Source: Myxococcales bacterium (GTDB lineage: Bacteria; Myxococcota_A; Polyangia; Polyangiales; DASUME01). From it: a DNA stretch of 64,000 bases. The notes beneath the pieces were generated by a model. It ran no database searches and was not told the origin of the DNA. It saw only the letters and a program-made list of their open reading frames with translations. Both the position numbers and the translations under genes were made by a program. The stretch is taken from the NCBI GenBank assembly GCA_047601445.1, contig JASGJH010000001.1, forward strand, positions 5,984,001 to 6,048,000, written 5' to 3'. How positions within the stretch are numbered: position 1 is the stretch's first letter; each line of letters begins with the position of its first letter. Shown in pieces: positions 24,527 to 34,995 of the stretch.

Positions 24527-25204
24527 CTAGCTCCGCGCCGGCAGCGCCTGCCCTCCTCGCGCCTCCGCCCGCTGATACGCGGGCCTTTGCTTGATGCGGT
24601 CGAGCCAGTCGAGGATGCGCGGGTGAGCTTCGCGCGTGAGGGGTACGCGCGTGCGCGCCGCCTCGAGGGGCATGCTCATCTGGATGTCGGCTGCACTGAA
24701 CTCGGAGCCCGCGAACCAAGGCGTCCTGCCGAGCTCGTTTTCCACGAAGCCGAGCTGCAAGGCCAGCTGGGGCCTGGTCCAGGCGCGCTCCACGCCTTCG
24801 ACGATCAACCAGGCGGCCGGGCGCAAGAGCAGCGGCGTGGGCTTCTGAGGGACCTTGCTGAGCACCAGCTTCATCACCAGGAGCGGCATCAGCGAGCCCT
24901 CCGCATAGTGCAGCCAGTAGGTGTAACGCAGGCGCGCATCGACCTCGGCGGCCACCGGCGCCAGGCGTCCCGCTCCGTAGCGCCCCAGCACGTACTCGAT
25001 GATGGCGCCGGACTCCGCGATGGTGTGGCCCTCGTCGGTGATGACCGGCGACTTGCCCAGGGGGTGCACGGCCTTCAGCGAGTCGGGCGCCAGGAAGCGC
25101 TTGGTGCGCCGATAGCCCACGATTTCGTAGGGCAACCCGAGCTCTTCGAGCAGCCAGAGCACACGCTGAGAGCGCGAGATTTCCAGGTGATGGACAGTGA
25201 TCAC
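24527..25204 (-). CDS. Glutathione S-transferase
   Basis: HHLEISRSQRVLWLLEEL, HPLGKSPVI, ESGAIIEY, WLHYAEGSLMP, FSAADIQM. Confidence 0.95.
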   Translation of the reverse strand: MITVHHLEISRSQRVLWLLEELGLPYEIVGYRRTKRFLAPDSLKAVHPLGKSPVITDEGHTIAESGAIIEYVLGRYGAGRLAPVAAEVDARLRYTYWLHYAEGSLMPLLVMKLVLSKVPQKPTPLLLRPAAWLIVEGVERAWTRPQLALQLGFVENELGRTPWFAGSEFSAADIQMSMPLEAARTRVPLTREAHPRILDWLDRIKQRPAYQRAEARGGQALPARS

Positions 25205-25308
25205 GGGCCTTGCCTTTCCAGGTCCCGAGCCTGGCACGCCCTCCTCTCCCCCGCGACCTAAGCCGGCCCGACTTGAATCGTAACGTTGTTCCGATTAGGC
25301 TGTGCGGC

Positions 25309-26064
25309 ATGTCGGAAAGCCCAGTCAGCTATCGCAGTCAGGCCGGCGTCGCCACCATCACGATGGACGACGGCAAGCGTAACGCCCTCTCGCCTCGCAT
25401 GTTCGAGGAGCTCAGCAAGGCCTTCGATCAGGCCGAGCGCGAGGACGCCATCGTGATCCTCACGGGTCGCGAGGAGGTGTTCTCGGCGGGCTTCGATCTG
25501 AAGGTCTTGCGTGCGGGCAACTTGAGCTCGCTCGCCCTGATGCGCGCGGGCTTTCTGTTCGCGGCGCGCATGCTGGGCCATCCGCGGCCGGTGATCTCCG
25601 CCTGCAACGGGCACGCGCTCGCCATGGGCGCCTTCCTGCTGCTGGCCTCCGATTACCGCATCGGCACCGAGGGGGCGTACAAGTTCGCCACCAACGAGGT
25701 TGCCATCGGCATCCCCATGCCGCGCTCGGGCGTGGAGCTGTGCCGTCAGCGTCTTGCGCCGGCCCACTTCCACCGCGCCGCGATCTTGGCGGAGACCTTC
25801 AACCCTCAAGGCGCCGTGGAGGCGGGCTTCATCGATCGGCTTGTGCCCGCGTCCGAGCTGCAAGGCGCCGCGCAGGCGATGGCGGGCGAGCTCGCCAAGC
25901 TCGATCGCGACGCCCATGCCATCACCAAGCTTCGGATCCGCGAGCACAGCATCGAGACCATCCGCACGGGGGTGCTGCTCGATCTGCGCGACTTCGCCAT
26001 GATGGGGGCGAAGGCCATGCTCAACGCGAAGCTGCGCCCGAGCAACGCCAGCCGAAAGGCCTGA
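25309..26064 (+). CDS. Crotonase / enoyl-CoA hydratase family protein
   Basis: DDGKRNAL, FSAGFDL, GHALAMGAFLLLASDYRIG, NEVAIG. Confidence 0.93.
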   Translation: MSESPVSYRSQAGVATITMDDGKRNALSPRMFEELSKAFDQAEREDAIVILTGREEVFSAGFDLKVLRAGNLSSLALMRAGFLFAARMLGHPRPVISACNGHALAMGAFLLLASDYRIGTEGAYKFATNEVAIGIPMPRSGVELCRQRLAPAHFHRAAILAETFNPQGAVEAGFIDRLVPASELQGAAQAMAGELAKLDRDAHAITKLRIREHSIETIRTGVLLDLRDFAMMGAKAMLNAKLRPSNASRKA

Positions 26065-26069
26065 GATCG

Positions 26070-26676
26070 GTGCCGCGCACCAAGCTTCGTACCGAGGAGC
26101 TGCGGGAGCGCGTGCTCGAGGTGGCGCTACGTGCGCTCGAGTCCGAGGGCGTGCTGGGCTTCACGACCCGGCGTATCGCGGCCCAGGCGGGCACGTCGCT
26201 GCCGGCCGTGTACGAGCTGTTCGGCGACAAGGCGGGCCTCGTGCGCGCCATGTATTTCGAAGGGTTTCGTCGGCTCGGGCAGCACTTCGCGGAGCTCGCC
26301 ACCGCCGACGATCCGCGGGGCGATTCTGTTGGCGCTCTTGCGCCTGCAAGCAGGCTTCGTGCGCGAGCACCCCAAGCTCTCGGAGGTGATGTTCTCGCGT
26401 CCGTTCGCGGACTTCGACCCCGGGCCCGCGGAGCTCAAGGCCGGCAACGCCGTGCGCAAGGCCATCGTGGGCCGCGTGCGCCGCTGCATCGAAGCCAAGG
26501 TGATGACTGGCAACGAGACCGACATCGCCCACGTGTTGCTGGCCATGTTGCAGGGCTTGATCATGCAGGAGCGCGCGGGCTGGCTCGGCACCAGTCAGGC
26601 CTCCATCGAGCGACGCTGGGAGCTGGGCTTGCAGGCTGCCATCGCTGGACTGAGGCCTACGGACTGGTCGGGGTGA
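26070..26676 (+). pseudogene. Frameshifted TetR family regulator (pseudogene or sequencing error)
   Basis: The HTH half (TTRRIAAQAGTSLPAVYELFGDKAGL) and the C-terminal half (FVREHPKLSEVMFSRPF...QGLIMQERAGWL) are in different frames. One extra T at GGC GAT-T-CTG (26324-26325) reconciles them. Confidence 0.85.
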
Positions 26677-26780
26677 AGCAGTCCGACCTGAGTGTTCTTA
26701 CCTTGGTGGAGACCGGGATTGCCGCTAGCATCGTGCGCTCTCTCCGGAGCTCAGATCTCTGAGCAAGAAGGTGTGCGCGT

Positions 26781-27371
26781 ATGAAGCGTTCCTGGCAGCT
26801 GGGTCTCGTGTTCTCGATCGCTCTGATGGGATGCACGGGCGCCCACTTGGTTCCGCGATTTCGCTCGGTAGGCAAGATCGGCGGGCCGCCGCGTGCGGCC
26901 GCGCCGGTGCAGGCAGAGAACGTGGCCGTGTATCAGGCCAGCGCGCCCGAGGGCTTCAAGCTCGACGATCTCGAGCTCCGAGTGGAGCCGGGCTACACGC
27001 ACGAGGTCATCGGCTCGATCGTCCTCGATTCCGAGGGCTACTGCGACCTGGGCGAGAAGGGCACGTACTCTTTCGCCAACGTCACCAAGGCGCTGCAGGG
27101 CGCGGCCGCGGAGCGCGGGGGCACCGCGGTGATCTATGCGGCGATTAGCGTGACCGACCAGGAGATGGCCGACTGCAAGCACGCCTCCGAGATGACGATC
27201 GTGGACGGCAAGCGCGTGGCTGCCGCAGGTTGGATCGTGGTGGTCGGTAAGGGGCCCGAAGCAGCCGCGCCGACGGCAGCGGTCCCTGCTGCCGGTGGCG
27301 AGCAGCCTGCCGCGGAGACAACCGGGACCAGCAACGACTCCAACGCACCCGTGGCCGCCGGCCAGCTCTGA
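26781..27371 (+). CDS. Hypothetical lipoprotein
   Basis: MKRSWQLGLVFSIALMG|C lipobox, GAAGG RBS, Ala/Pro/Thr-rich tail. Confidence 0.8.
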   Translation: MKRSWQLGLVFSIALMGCTGAHLVPRFRSVGKIGGPPRAAAPVQAENVAVYQASAPEGFKLDDLELRVEPGYTHEVIGSIVLDSEGYCDLGEKGTYSFANVTKALQGAAAERGGTAVIYAAISVTDQEMADCKHASEMTIVDGKRVAAAGWIVVVGKGPEAAAPTAAVPAAGGEQPAAETTGTSNDSNAPVAAGQL

Positions 27372-27454
27372 CACGAGGGTGCTCTCGTGCCCCAGGCATC
27401 GACGGGTCGGAACCCATCGAAAGCCGCAGAGGCCCGCGTGGCGCAACCCCGCTG

Positions 27455-29680
27455 CTACTTCACGATGCGCAGGTGGGGCGTCTTCTCCCCGGGCGCGCTC
27501 TCAGGAGCGCGCTGGGGCTCGAGCGCGTCGTGCACCTTGCGCACGAGGCTGATGGACGTGAACGGCTTCTTGAGGAAGCTCGTGGCCACGCCCAGGAGTT
27601 GTTCGCGCCCCAGGAGCTGCTCGCTATAGCCGGACATGTAGATCACCGGCAGCGTCGGGCGTAGTTCACGCAGCTTCTCGGCGAGCTCCGTGCCCTTCAT
27701 CTGCGGCATCAAGATGTCCACGAGCAACAGATCCGGCTCGACCTCCCCGCGCGAGACTGCCGCAAGCGCGTCGAGGGCCTGGGCCGCCGTACGTACGTCG
27801 TAGCCCTGGGCTTGCAGGGTGTTGGCGATCATCCCGCGCACCATGTCGTGGTCCTCCACCACGAGCACCGTCCCGTGATGCTCGCCCTGGGGCTGCTCTT
27901 CGACGTCCTGTTCGGTGGGAGGTTCGACACCCTCGGCGCGCGGCAGGTAGATGCGAAACTCCGTGCCCTTGCCTAGCTCGCTGGACAGGAGGATTTGTCC
28001 GCCCGCTTGCCGCACGATGCCGTGGGAGCTGGCGAGCCCGAGGCCCGTGCCTTGGCCCACGTCCTTGGTGGTGAAGAAGGGCTCGAACGCGCGATCCTGC
28101 ACCTCCTTGGTCATGCCCGTCCCGGTATCGCTGACCGCCAGCATCACGTAGTGCCCTGCGGCGAGGCCGGGCAATGCGTCGTGATCGCCTTCGAGCACGA
28201 TGTTGGCGGTCTCCAGCGTGAGCAGGCCGCCCTGCGGCATGGCGTCGCGAGCGTTGATGGCCAGGTTGAGCAACACCTGTTCGAACTGTCCCGGGTCGAC
28301 CTCCACCGTCCACAGGCCCTTGGAGAGCTCGGTTTTGAGCTCGATGTCCTCGATCAGCGCACGGCTCAGCAGCGTGCTCATGCCTAGCACCAGCGAGTTC
28401 AAGTCCACGATCCGCGGCTCGATCACTTGCTTGCGTGCGAATGCCAGGAGCTGTTGCGTCAGCGTGGCGGCGCGCTCTGCAGCCGAACGCACGTGATCGA
28501 TGTACGTCAGCGCGGGCCCGCTCTTCACGGCGCTCTGCGCCAGCTCGACCGACCCAAGGATCACGGTGAGGAGGTTGTTGAAGTCGTGGGCGATGCCGCC
28601 CGCGAGTCGGCCGATGCCCTCGACCCGCTGCGCCTGCACCAGGTCCTCCTCGAGGCGCTTGCGATCGGTGACGTCGGTCATGAAACCCTCGATGCCGGTC
28701 AGGCGACCCTTGGCGTCGTGCACGGCGCGGGCTACGTCGAGGATCCAGCGCGTCTCACCGGCGCGCGTGCGCAGGCGATACTCCTGGGAGGCGGGTTGCT
28801 GCGAGCGAAAGCTCTGGCTGCGCTTCTCGCGCAGGCCAGGCAAGTCGGCGGGGTGCACGAGATCGAGGTACGAGACGGATCCACCGATGAGCTCGTCGGC
28901 CCGATAGCCCGTGAGTTCGAGGCAGCGTTCGCTCACGAAGTCGAAGTCGAAGTCCTCCCTCGCGCAGCGGTACACCATGCCCGAGAGGTTGGCGATCAAG
29001 TTGGACAGCATGCGCTCGCGCTCGCGCAGGGCATCCTCGAGGCGGCTCCGTTCGCGGTCGATGGCGTGCAGCTCGTTGACCTGGCGCTCGAGCTCCACCA
29101 GTGCCGGATCGCGCAGCCAGGCCGTCAAGCGCGAGATGAGCCGCACGTGCTGCGCTGGCAGCGCCACGTCGTAGTGGGCGTAGTGGGATGAGATCTGCGC
29201 GTCGACCTTGGCCAGCTCCAGGTTCTGCATGATGGGTAGGGCCTCGAGCCCGCCCTGCAGCACGCGAAACCAGCCCGGGCTGGTACGAAAGTGGGCGGGC
29301 ACCCGGATCTCGATGCTCAGATTGCGCTTGTTCACCGCGCGCACTTGTACGATCAAGTTGCGGTGCAGCAGCGGGAGTTGCCAGCGCAAGCCCACCTGGT
29401 AGAGCTGCGTCAAGCCCATCGCCAAGCCCGCAATGCGTCGCAAAGGGGCCACTACATCCTGACGGATCGCCTCCCGTCCGATCTCGATCAGGGCGTCGTC
29501 CCCGAGCACGGCGGTGAAGCGGTCGATGACCTCCATCAACACGTCCCAGTCGATCCATCCGCTCTTGTCGCGCAAGTCGTGCGGCACGGGTAGCCCCGCG
29601 ACCATGTCCTCGAAGGACAGTCCGTGCGTCGCTGCGACGTGCTCCCATACGCCGAGGACGCGACACGAAACTTCCCGCAT
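27455..29680 (-). CDS. Hybrid histidine kinase (unusual N-terminal domain, PAS, HisKA, HATPase, REC)
   Basis: PAS (LVHPADL, EYRLRTRAGETRWI), GRLAGGIAHDFNNLL, FEPFFTTK...GTGLGL, receiver VLVVED...DILMP...KPF. Confidence 0.95.
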   Translation of the reverse strand: MREVSCRVLGVWEHVAATHGLSFEDMVAGLPVPHDLRDKSGWIDWDVLMEVIDRFTAVLGDDALIEIGREAIRQDVVAPLRRIAGLAMGLTQLYQVGLRWQLPLLHRNLIVQVRAVNKRNLSIEIRVPAHFRTSPGWFRVLQGGLEALPIMQNLELAKVDAQISSHYAHYDVALPAQHVRLISRLTAWLRDPALVELERQVNELHAIDRERSRLEDALRERERMLSNLIANLSGMVYRCAREDFDFDFVSERCLELTGYRADELIGGSVSYLDLVHPADLPGLREKRSQSFRSQQPASQEYRLRTRAGETRWILDVARAVHDAKGRLTGIEGFMTDVTDRKRLEEDLVQAQRVEGIGRLAGGIAHDFNNLLTVILGSVELAQSAVKSGPALTYIDHVRSAAERAATLTQQLLAFARKQVIEPRIVDLNSLVLGMSTLLSRALIEDIELKTELSKGLWTVEVDPGQFEQVLLNLAINARDAMPQGGLLTLETANIVLEGDHDALPGLAAGHYVMLAVSDTGTGMTKEVQDRAFEPFFTTKDVGQGTGLGLASSHGIVRQAGGQILLSSELGKGTEFRIYLPRAEGVEPPTEQDVEEQPQGEHHGTVLVVEDHDMVRGMIANTLQAQGYDVRTAAQALDALAAVSRGEVEPDLLLVDILMPQMKGTELAEKLRELRPTLPVIYMSGYSEQLLGREQLLGVATSFLKKPFTSISLVRKVHDALEPQRAPESAPGEKTPHLRIVK

Positions 29681-29851
29681 GCGCCGCAGTATACTCAATC
29701 GATTCCCGCGCCCAGCAGGCATCTGTCGCGAGTCAGCGCTTGCTCGTGGCGCCCGCGCGCGAACACGCTGCGCGCACTCGAGTCAGCCACGTGTGCGCGG
29801 CGCGAAAGCGCGCAGGGCAGCCGAGACCGCTTTGAGTTAGGCTCGCATGTA

Positions 29852-30436
29852 GTGGGCACACCTCCCTTACTCGGCATCTTCGTGGGCGGCGCCTCGCGCC
29901 GCATGGGTGGTTACCCGAAAGGGCTACTTACGGCTCGGGACACGGCGGAGCCACTCGTCGTGCGTCTCGCACGGCTCGCGCGCGAGGTCGGTCTCGAGCC
30001 AGTCTGGGTGGGACGCGCAGATGCCTATCGCGCGCTTTTGCCCGAATTGAGGGAGCTCACGGACGACCCAGCGGGCGTCGGTCCACTCGGCGGATTGATG
30101 GCCCTATTGCGGGCTGCTCGTCACGAGCACGTGTTGGCCATGGCCTGCGACATGCCGCATGTGTCCCCGCAACTGTTGTGGCGTTTGCGCCAGGAGCAGC
30201 CCGAAGCGAGCGTGCTTTCGCCGCGCTCCGAGGTCGGCCTGTGGGAGCCGCTGTGCGCGCGCTACCGCGTGGCCGCCGTGCTGCCTGCTTGCGAGGCGGC
30301 CCTGGCGCGCGGTGACCGGTCGTTTCAAGCGCTGTTCGCCACGCTTCCCGTGGTGGAGCTCCCCTTGTCGGAGCTCGAGCGTCGCGAGCTGGTGGACTGG
30401 GACCGACCCGAAGACCTCAGCGAGAAGAGCCGCTGA
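29852..30436 (+). CDS. mobA: Molybdenum cofactor guanylyltransferase-like protein
   Basis: VGGASRRMGGYPKGLL, GPLGGL, MACDMPHV, WEPLCARY, DWDRPEDL. Start uncertain. Confidence 0.85.
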   Translation: MGTPPLLGIFVGGASRRMGGYPKGLLTARDTAEPLVVRLARLAREVGLEPVWVGRADAYRALLPELRELTDDPAGVGPLGGLMALLRAARHEHVLAMACDMPHVSPQLLWRLRQEQPEASVLSPRSEVGLWEPLCARYRVAAVLPACEAALARGDRSFQALFATLPVVELPLSELERRELVDWDRPEDLSEKSR

Positions 30437-30467
30437 GCTGTCCGCTGAGCTCACCAAGGCCGTCGTA

Positions 30468-32333
30468 CTAGGCCGCGGCTTCGCCCAGGACCCGTAAGAT
30501 CTCCTGGCCATAGACCTCGATCTTCTTTTCGCCCACGCCGCTGATACTCCGTAGCTCGGGCAGCGTGCTCGGTTGCCTGCGGGCCATCTCGGCCAAGGTC
30601 GCGTCGTGAAACACCACGTAGGCCGGCAAGTTTCGTTCGCGAGCCACCGCCGCGCGCCAGCTCTTGAGCGCCTCGAAGCGCCGTTGGGCCGGGGCATCCA
30701 TGGCGGCGTTGACCTCGGTGCGGCCGCGCCCGCGATCGCCAGCCTTTTTGTCGCGTGTTTTCCTGGCCTTGGGAGAGGGCCGGCGCATCAGAAGCGAGGC
30801 CTCTCCGCGCAACAGCGGGCGCGCGTGTTGAGTGAGGCTCAGCGTGTTGAACTCGCCCTCCGCGTGCAGCTGTCCCAGCGCCACCAACTGCCGCAGCACC
30901 GCGCGCCACTCGGCTTCGCTCAAGTCGGCTCCAATGCCGAACGTGCTCAAGCGCTGGTGTTGATATTGCTCGACCTTGTCGGTCTCCTTACCCCGCAGCA
31001 CGTCCACCAAGTGACCTGCCCCGAAGCGCTGGCCGCCCTGCTGATAGAAGCGATAGACGCAGCTCAGGGCCTTGCGTGCTGGTTCGGTGGCGTCCCACAC
31101 GGCCGGTGGCGTGAGGCAATTGTCGCAGTTGCCGCAGGGCGCACTGGCTTCCCCGAAGTACGAGAGCAGCCGCACGCGCCGACAGTCATAGGCCTCGGCG
31201 ATGGCCAGCAGCGCGTCGAGCTTCTTTTGCTGGGTGCGCTTGAACTCTTCGCCGGCCGGGCTCTCGTCGATCATGCGCCGCTGATTGACCACGTCGTGGA
31301 GGCCGTAGGCCATCCAGGCATTGGCCGCTTGGCCATCGCGTCCGGCGCGCCCCGTCTCCTGGTAGTAGCTCTCGACGGTCTTGGGCAGATCGAGGTGGGC
31401 CACGAAGCGCACGTCGGGCTTATCGATGCCCATTCCAAAGGCGATGGTCGCCACCATCACCAGGCCCTCCTCGCGGATGAACCGGTCCTGGCTCTGGCGC
31501 CTGAGCGAGCTGTCCATGCCTGCGTGGTAGGGCAGGGCGTCGATGCCCTCGCTCTTGAGCCAGGCGGCGGTCTCCTCCACCTTCTTGCGTGAGAGGCAGT
31601 AGACGATACCGGCATCGCCCGCGTGCTCGTCGCGGATGAAGCTCAGCAGCTGACCCTTGGCGTTGTCCTTCTCCACCACCGTGTAGCGGATGTTGGGCCG
31701 GTCGAAACTGCTGATGAAGCAGCGCGCTTCCTCGAGTGAGAGGCGCTGCACGATGTCCTGGCGCGTGACCTCGTCGGCCGTGGCCGTGAGGGCCACCCGC
31801 GGCACGCTGGGGAAGCGGCGCTTGAGTACGTTGAGCGCCAGGTAGTCGGAGCGGAAGTCGTGGCCCCATTGGCTCACGCAGTGCGCTTCGTCGATGGCGA
31901 ACAAGCTAAGCAGCCCGCGCTGGTGCAACGACTCGAGCTGGGCCTGGAAGCGGGGCATGGAGACGCGCTCGGGCGCCGCGTAGAGCAACACCAGACGCCC
32001 GCTCTCGAGCTCCTGCTCCACGCGCCGAGCCTCCTCGCCGCTCTGCGACGAGTTGAGGAACGCTGCGTGAACGCCGGCCTCTTCGAGCGCATCGACCTGG
32101 TCGTGCATCAAGGCGATCAGTGGGCTCACCACCAGCGTGACGCCCTTGCCCTCGCGATGACGCGCGATGGCGGGCACCTGATAGCAGAGGCTCTTTCCGC
32201 CTCCCGTGGGCATCAACACGAGGGCATCGCCGCCGGCGGTGACGTGTTCGACGATCTCCTGCTGCGCGCCGCGAAAGGCCGGATAGCCGAAGACCTCTTG
32301 GAGCACGGAAGACGGAGCCGACTGCGAAGCCAT
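30468..32333 (-). CDS. recQ: ATP-dependent DNA helicase RecQ
   Basis: [36 protein letters not shown], Zn-binding CGNCDNC, RQC and HRDC domains. Confidence 0.98.
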   Translation of the reverse strand: MASQSAPSSVLQEVFGYPAFRGAQQEIVEHVTAGGDALVLMPTGGGKSLCYQVPAIARHREGKGVTLVVSPLIALMHDQVDALEEAGVHAAFLNSSQSGEEARRVEQELESGRLVLLYAAPERVSMPRFQAQLESLHQRGLLSLFAIDEAHCVSQWGHDFRSDYLALNVLKRRFPSVPRVALTATADEVTRQDIVQRLSLEEARCFISSFDRPNIRYTVVEKDNAKGQLLSFIRDEHAGDAGIVYCLSRKKVEETAAWLKSEGIDALPYHAGMDSSLRRQSQDRFIREEGLVMVATIAFGMGIDKPDVRFVAHLDLPKTVESYYQETGRAGRDGQAANAWMAYGLHDVVNQRRMIDESPAGEEFKRTQQKKLDALLAIAEAYDCRRVRLLSYFGEASAPCGNCDNCLTPPAVWDATEPARKALSCVYRFYQQGGQRFGAGHLVDVLRGKETDKVEQYQHQRLSTFGIGADLSEAEWRAVLRQLVALGQLHAEGEFNTLSLTQHARPLLRGEASLLMRRPSPKARKTRDKKAGDRGRGRTEVNAAMDAPAQRRFEALKSWRAAVARERNLPAYVVFHDATLAEMARRQPSTLPELRSISGVGEKKIEVYGQEILRVLGEAAA

Positions 32334-32402
32334 GACGGGCACACCATAGCCTCTCGGGCGCGCCCGTGCGCAGCCCCCACCGGCCTGCGTAACGGTGCTA
32401 GT

Positions 32403-33041
32403 TCAGTAGGGTCCCGAGCCGCCCCGGTAGGCGTAGTAATGCGAGAGCACGCGGTTCACGTAGCGCCGGGTCTCGCCGTACGGCGGCACGCCCTTGTAGC
32501 GCTCGACGGCCCCGGAGCCGGCGTTGTAGCTAGCCACGGTCAGCACCAGGTCGCCGTTCCACTGGTTGGCCAGGATGCGCAGGAAGCGCGCCCCACCCAG
32601 GATGTTCTGGCGGGGATCGAAGGGGTTGGCCACACCCATCTTCTCCGCGGTGAACGGCATGAGCTGCATGAGCCCCATGGCTCCGTCCACCGAGACCACG
32701 TTGGCGTCGTAGTTGCTCTCCACGTGCATCACTGCCCGCAAGAAGGCTTCCGGCAGCTGATAGAGCCGGGCGGCTTCGACGATGTACGAGTCGTAGCGCT
32801 TGAACCGGTCGGACGAGCGATCGCGCAGGGCGCGTGGAGTCTTGATGGCGCGCGAGGTGCGGGCCTGGAAGATCACGCGCTTCCAGCGCTTACCCGACTC
32901 GGGCATGTTCGTGTAATGGGACACGCCTTCGGCGTCGACGAACTCGTAGATGTCGGCCTGGACCGAAGCGGGCGCGCAGATCGGGGTCGCCAGTAACGAA
33001 AGGCCCAGTACGGCCGACCTCAAGGTTCTGCTGCGCGTCAT
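32403..33041 (-). CDS. Secreted lytic transglycosylase (SLT) with DUF4124-like N-terminus
   Basis: Signal peptide, IYEFVDAEGVSHYTN, AVMHVES, GAMGLMQLMP, ASYNAG, PPYGETRRYV. Confidence 0.93.
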   Translation of the reverse strand: MTRSRTLRSAVLGLSLLATPICAPASVQADIYEFVDAEGVSHYTNMPESGKRWKRVIFQARTSRAIKTPRALRDRSSDRFKRYDSYIVEAARLYQLPEAFLRAVMHVESNYDANVVSVDGAMGLMQLMPFTAEKMGVANPFDPRQNILGGARFLRILANQWNGDLVLTVASYNAGSGAVERYKGVPPYGETRRYVNRVLSHYYAYRGGSGPY

Positions 33042-33251
33042 GGAGTGGAGTTTCGATCCTAAGCTGTCAGGCTTGATCCCGCCAAGAGTTCGGGCGGCGA
33101 CAGCCCCCGAGCACAGCCCGCGCGCAGGGCTCCTATCGGGGAGCTCGGCGGAGTTCCTCGTCAACTCTGCTCGAGCGCACTACATTCCCACTTCGCCCTT
33201 TTCGAGCCCGCGCGCAGCCTTCTGCGCCTCCGTGCTTGGCGTCACCTATCT

Positions 33252-34859
33252 ATGCGAATAGTCACCGATTACCTGGTTCTCGGCAGCGGTATTGCCGGCC
33301 TCACCTTCGCCCTCGAGGCGGCCAAGCGAGGTCGCGTACTCGTGCTTACCAAGCGCACTGAGCGCGACGCGGCCACGGCCTGGGCGCAGGGTGGTATCGC
33401 CGCCGTGCTCGACCCGGACGACAGCTTCGGGGAGCACACGGCGGACACCCTCACCACCGGTGGCGGCATCTCCCACCGCTCCATCGTCGACATGGTGGTC
33501 GAAGATGCGCCGAAGCGCATCGAGGCCTTGATGGAACTCGGCACTCACTTCAGCGCCGCCCACGATGGTCACCTGGATTTGGCCCGCGAGGGCGGGCACG
33601 GGAAGCGCCGCGTGGTGCACGCCGGCGACATCACCGGGGCCGAGGTGCAGCGGGCGTTGCTCGAGGCGGTGCACGCGCAGCCCAACATCGAGGTGCGCGA
33701 GGGTCACATGGCCATCGACCTCATCGACCTGGCTCGACTCGGGGGCCCGCGCCGCATCGTCGGGGCCTACGCGCTCGATACGGCGAGCCAGCAGGTCTAC
33801 GCCATCGTGGCGCGCGCCACGGTGTTGGCCACGGGCGGCGCCGGCAAGGTTTACCTCTACACCACCAACCCGGACATCGCGACCGGCGACGGCGTGGCGA
33901 TGGCCTATCGTGCGGGCGCCGAGATCGCGAACATGGAGTTCTTCCAGTTCCATCCGACCTGCCTCTATCACCCTCAGGCCAAGAACTTCTTGATCAGCGA
34001 GGCCCTGCGCGGCGAAGGCGGCATCCTGCGCTTGCCCGACGGCACCGCCTTCATGGAGCGCCACCATCCCATGAAGGACCTGGCCCCGCGCGACGTCACC
34101 GCGCGCGCCATCGACTACGAGATGAAGCGCACGGGCGCCGACTGCGTGTGGCTCGACATGACCCACAAGCCCGCGGACTTCCTGCGTGAGCGCTTCCCCA
34201 ACATCGCGGCGCGCACCCAGGCGCTCGGCATCGACCTCACCCGTGAGCCCATTCCGGTGGTGCCCGCGGCCCATTACATGTGCGGCGGTGTTCGCGTCGA
34301 CGGCCACGGCCGAACGTCGCTACCGGGGCTGTGGGCGGTGGGTGAAGTCGCCTGCACCGGCCTGCACGGAGCCAATCGCCTGGCCTCCAACTCTCTCCTC
34401 GAGGGCTTGGTGTTCGGTCACCGGGCAGCCGTGGCCCTGGCCGATCAGGATCCGGACCTGCCTCAAATCGAGCCGCCCTTCTGGGACCCCGGCAAGGCCA
34501 CCGTGAGCGACGAGGCCGTGGTGGTCGCCAACGACTGGGACGAGCTGCGCCGTTTCATGTGGAACTACGTCGGCATCGTGCGCTCCGACCGCCGCCTGGT
34601 GCGGGCCTCTCGGCGCATTGCCATGCTCAAAGAAGAGATCCGCGACTACTACTTCCGGCACGTGGTCACCATGGATCTGCTCGAGCTGCGCAACATCGCC
34701 GAGGTCGCCGAGCTCATCATTTCGAGCGCCGCCTTCCGCCGCGAGAGTCGCGGGCTCCACTACAACGTGGATCATCCCGACACCGACGATCGCCTGTACC
34801 GCTCGGACACCGTGCTGCGTTGGGGGGGCCTGCCCGAGCGGCGTGTGGTCCGCGAATAG
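33252..34859 (+). CDS. nadB: L-aspartate oxidase
   Basis: GSGIAGL, WAQGGIAAV, EGGH, FFQFHPT, LISEALRGEG, AAHYMCGG, GLHGANRLASNSLLE, RESRGLHY. Confidence 0.97.
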   Translation: MRIVTDYLVLGSGIAGLTFALEAAKRGRVLVLTKRTERDAATAWAQGGIAAVLDPDDSFGEHTADTLTTGGGISHRSIVDMVVEDAPKRIEALMELGTHFSAAHDGHLDLAREGGHGKRRVVHAGDITGAEVQRALLEAVHAQPNIEVREGHMAIDLIDLARLGGPRRIVGAYALDTASQQVYAIVARATVLATGGAGKVYLYTTNPDIATGDGVAMAYRAGAEIANMEFFQFHPTCLYHPQAKNFLISEALRGEGGILRLPDGTAFMERHHPMKDLAPRDVTARAIDYEMKRTGADCVWLDMTHKPADFLRERFPNIAARTQALGIDLTREPIPVVPAAHYMCGGVRVDGHGRTSLPGLWAVGEVACTGLHGANRLASNSLLEGLVFGHRAAVALADQDPDLPQIEPPFWDPGKATVSDEAVVVANDWDELRRFMWNYVGIVRSDRRLVRASRRIAMLKEEIRDYYFRHVVTMDLLELRNIAEVAELIISSAAFRRESRGLHYNVDHPDTDDRLYRSDTVLRWGGLPERRVVRE

Positions 34860-34995
34860 TCGACGGCTCGCTCGTCCCAACCTCTGAAAAAGGCGAAGGG
34901 CGCGCGTCTGAACGGCTCGCGGCCTGCGGTGCTCGATAAGCGCTTGCCCGGCCGATTCTTGCCCTGCTCCGTCTCGAAACGAAGCACCCTACGGC

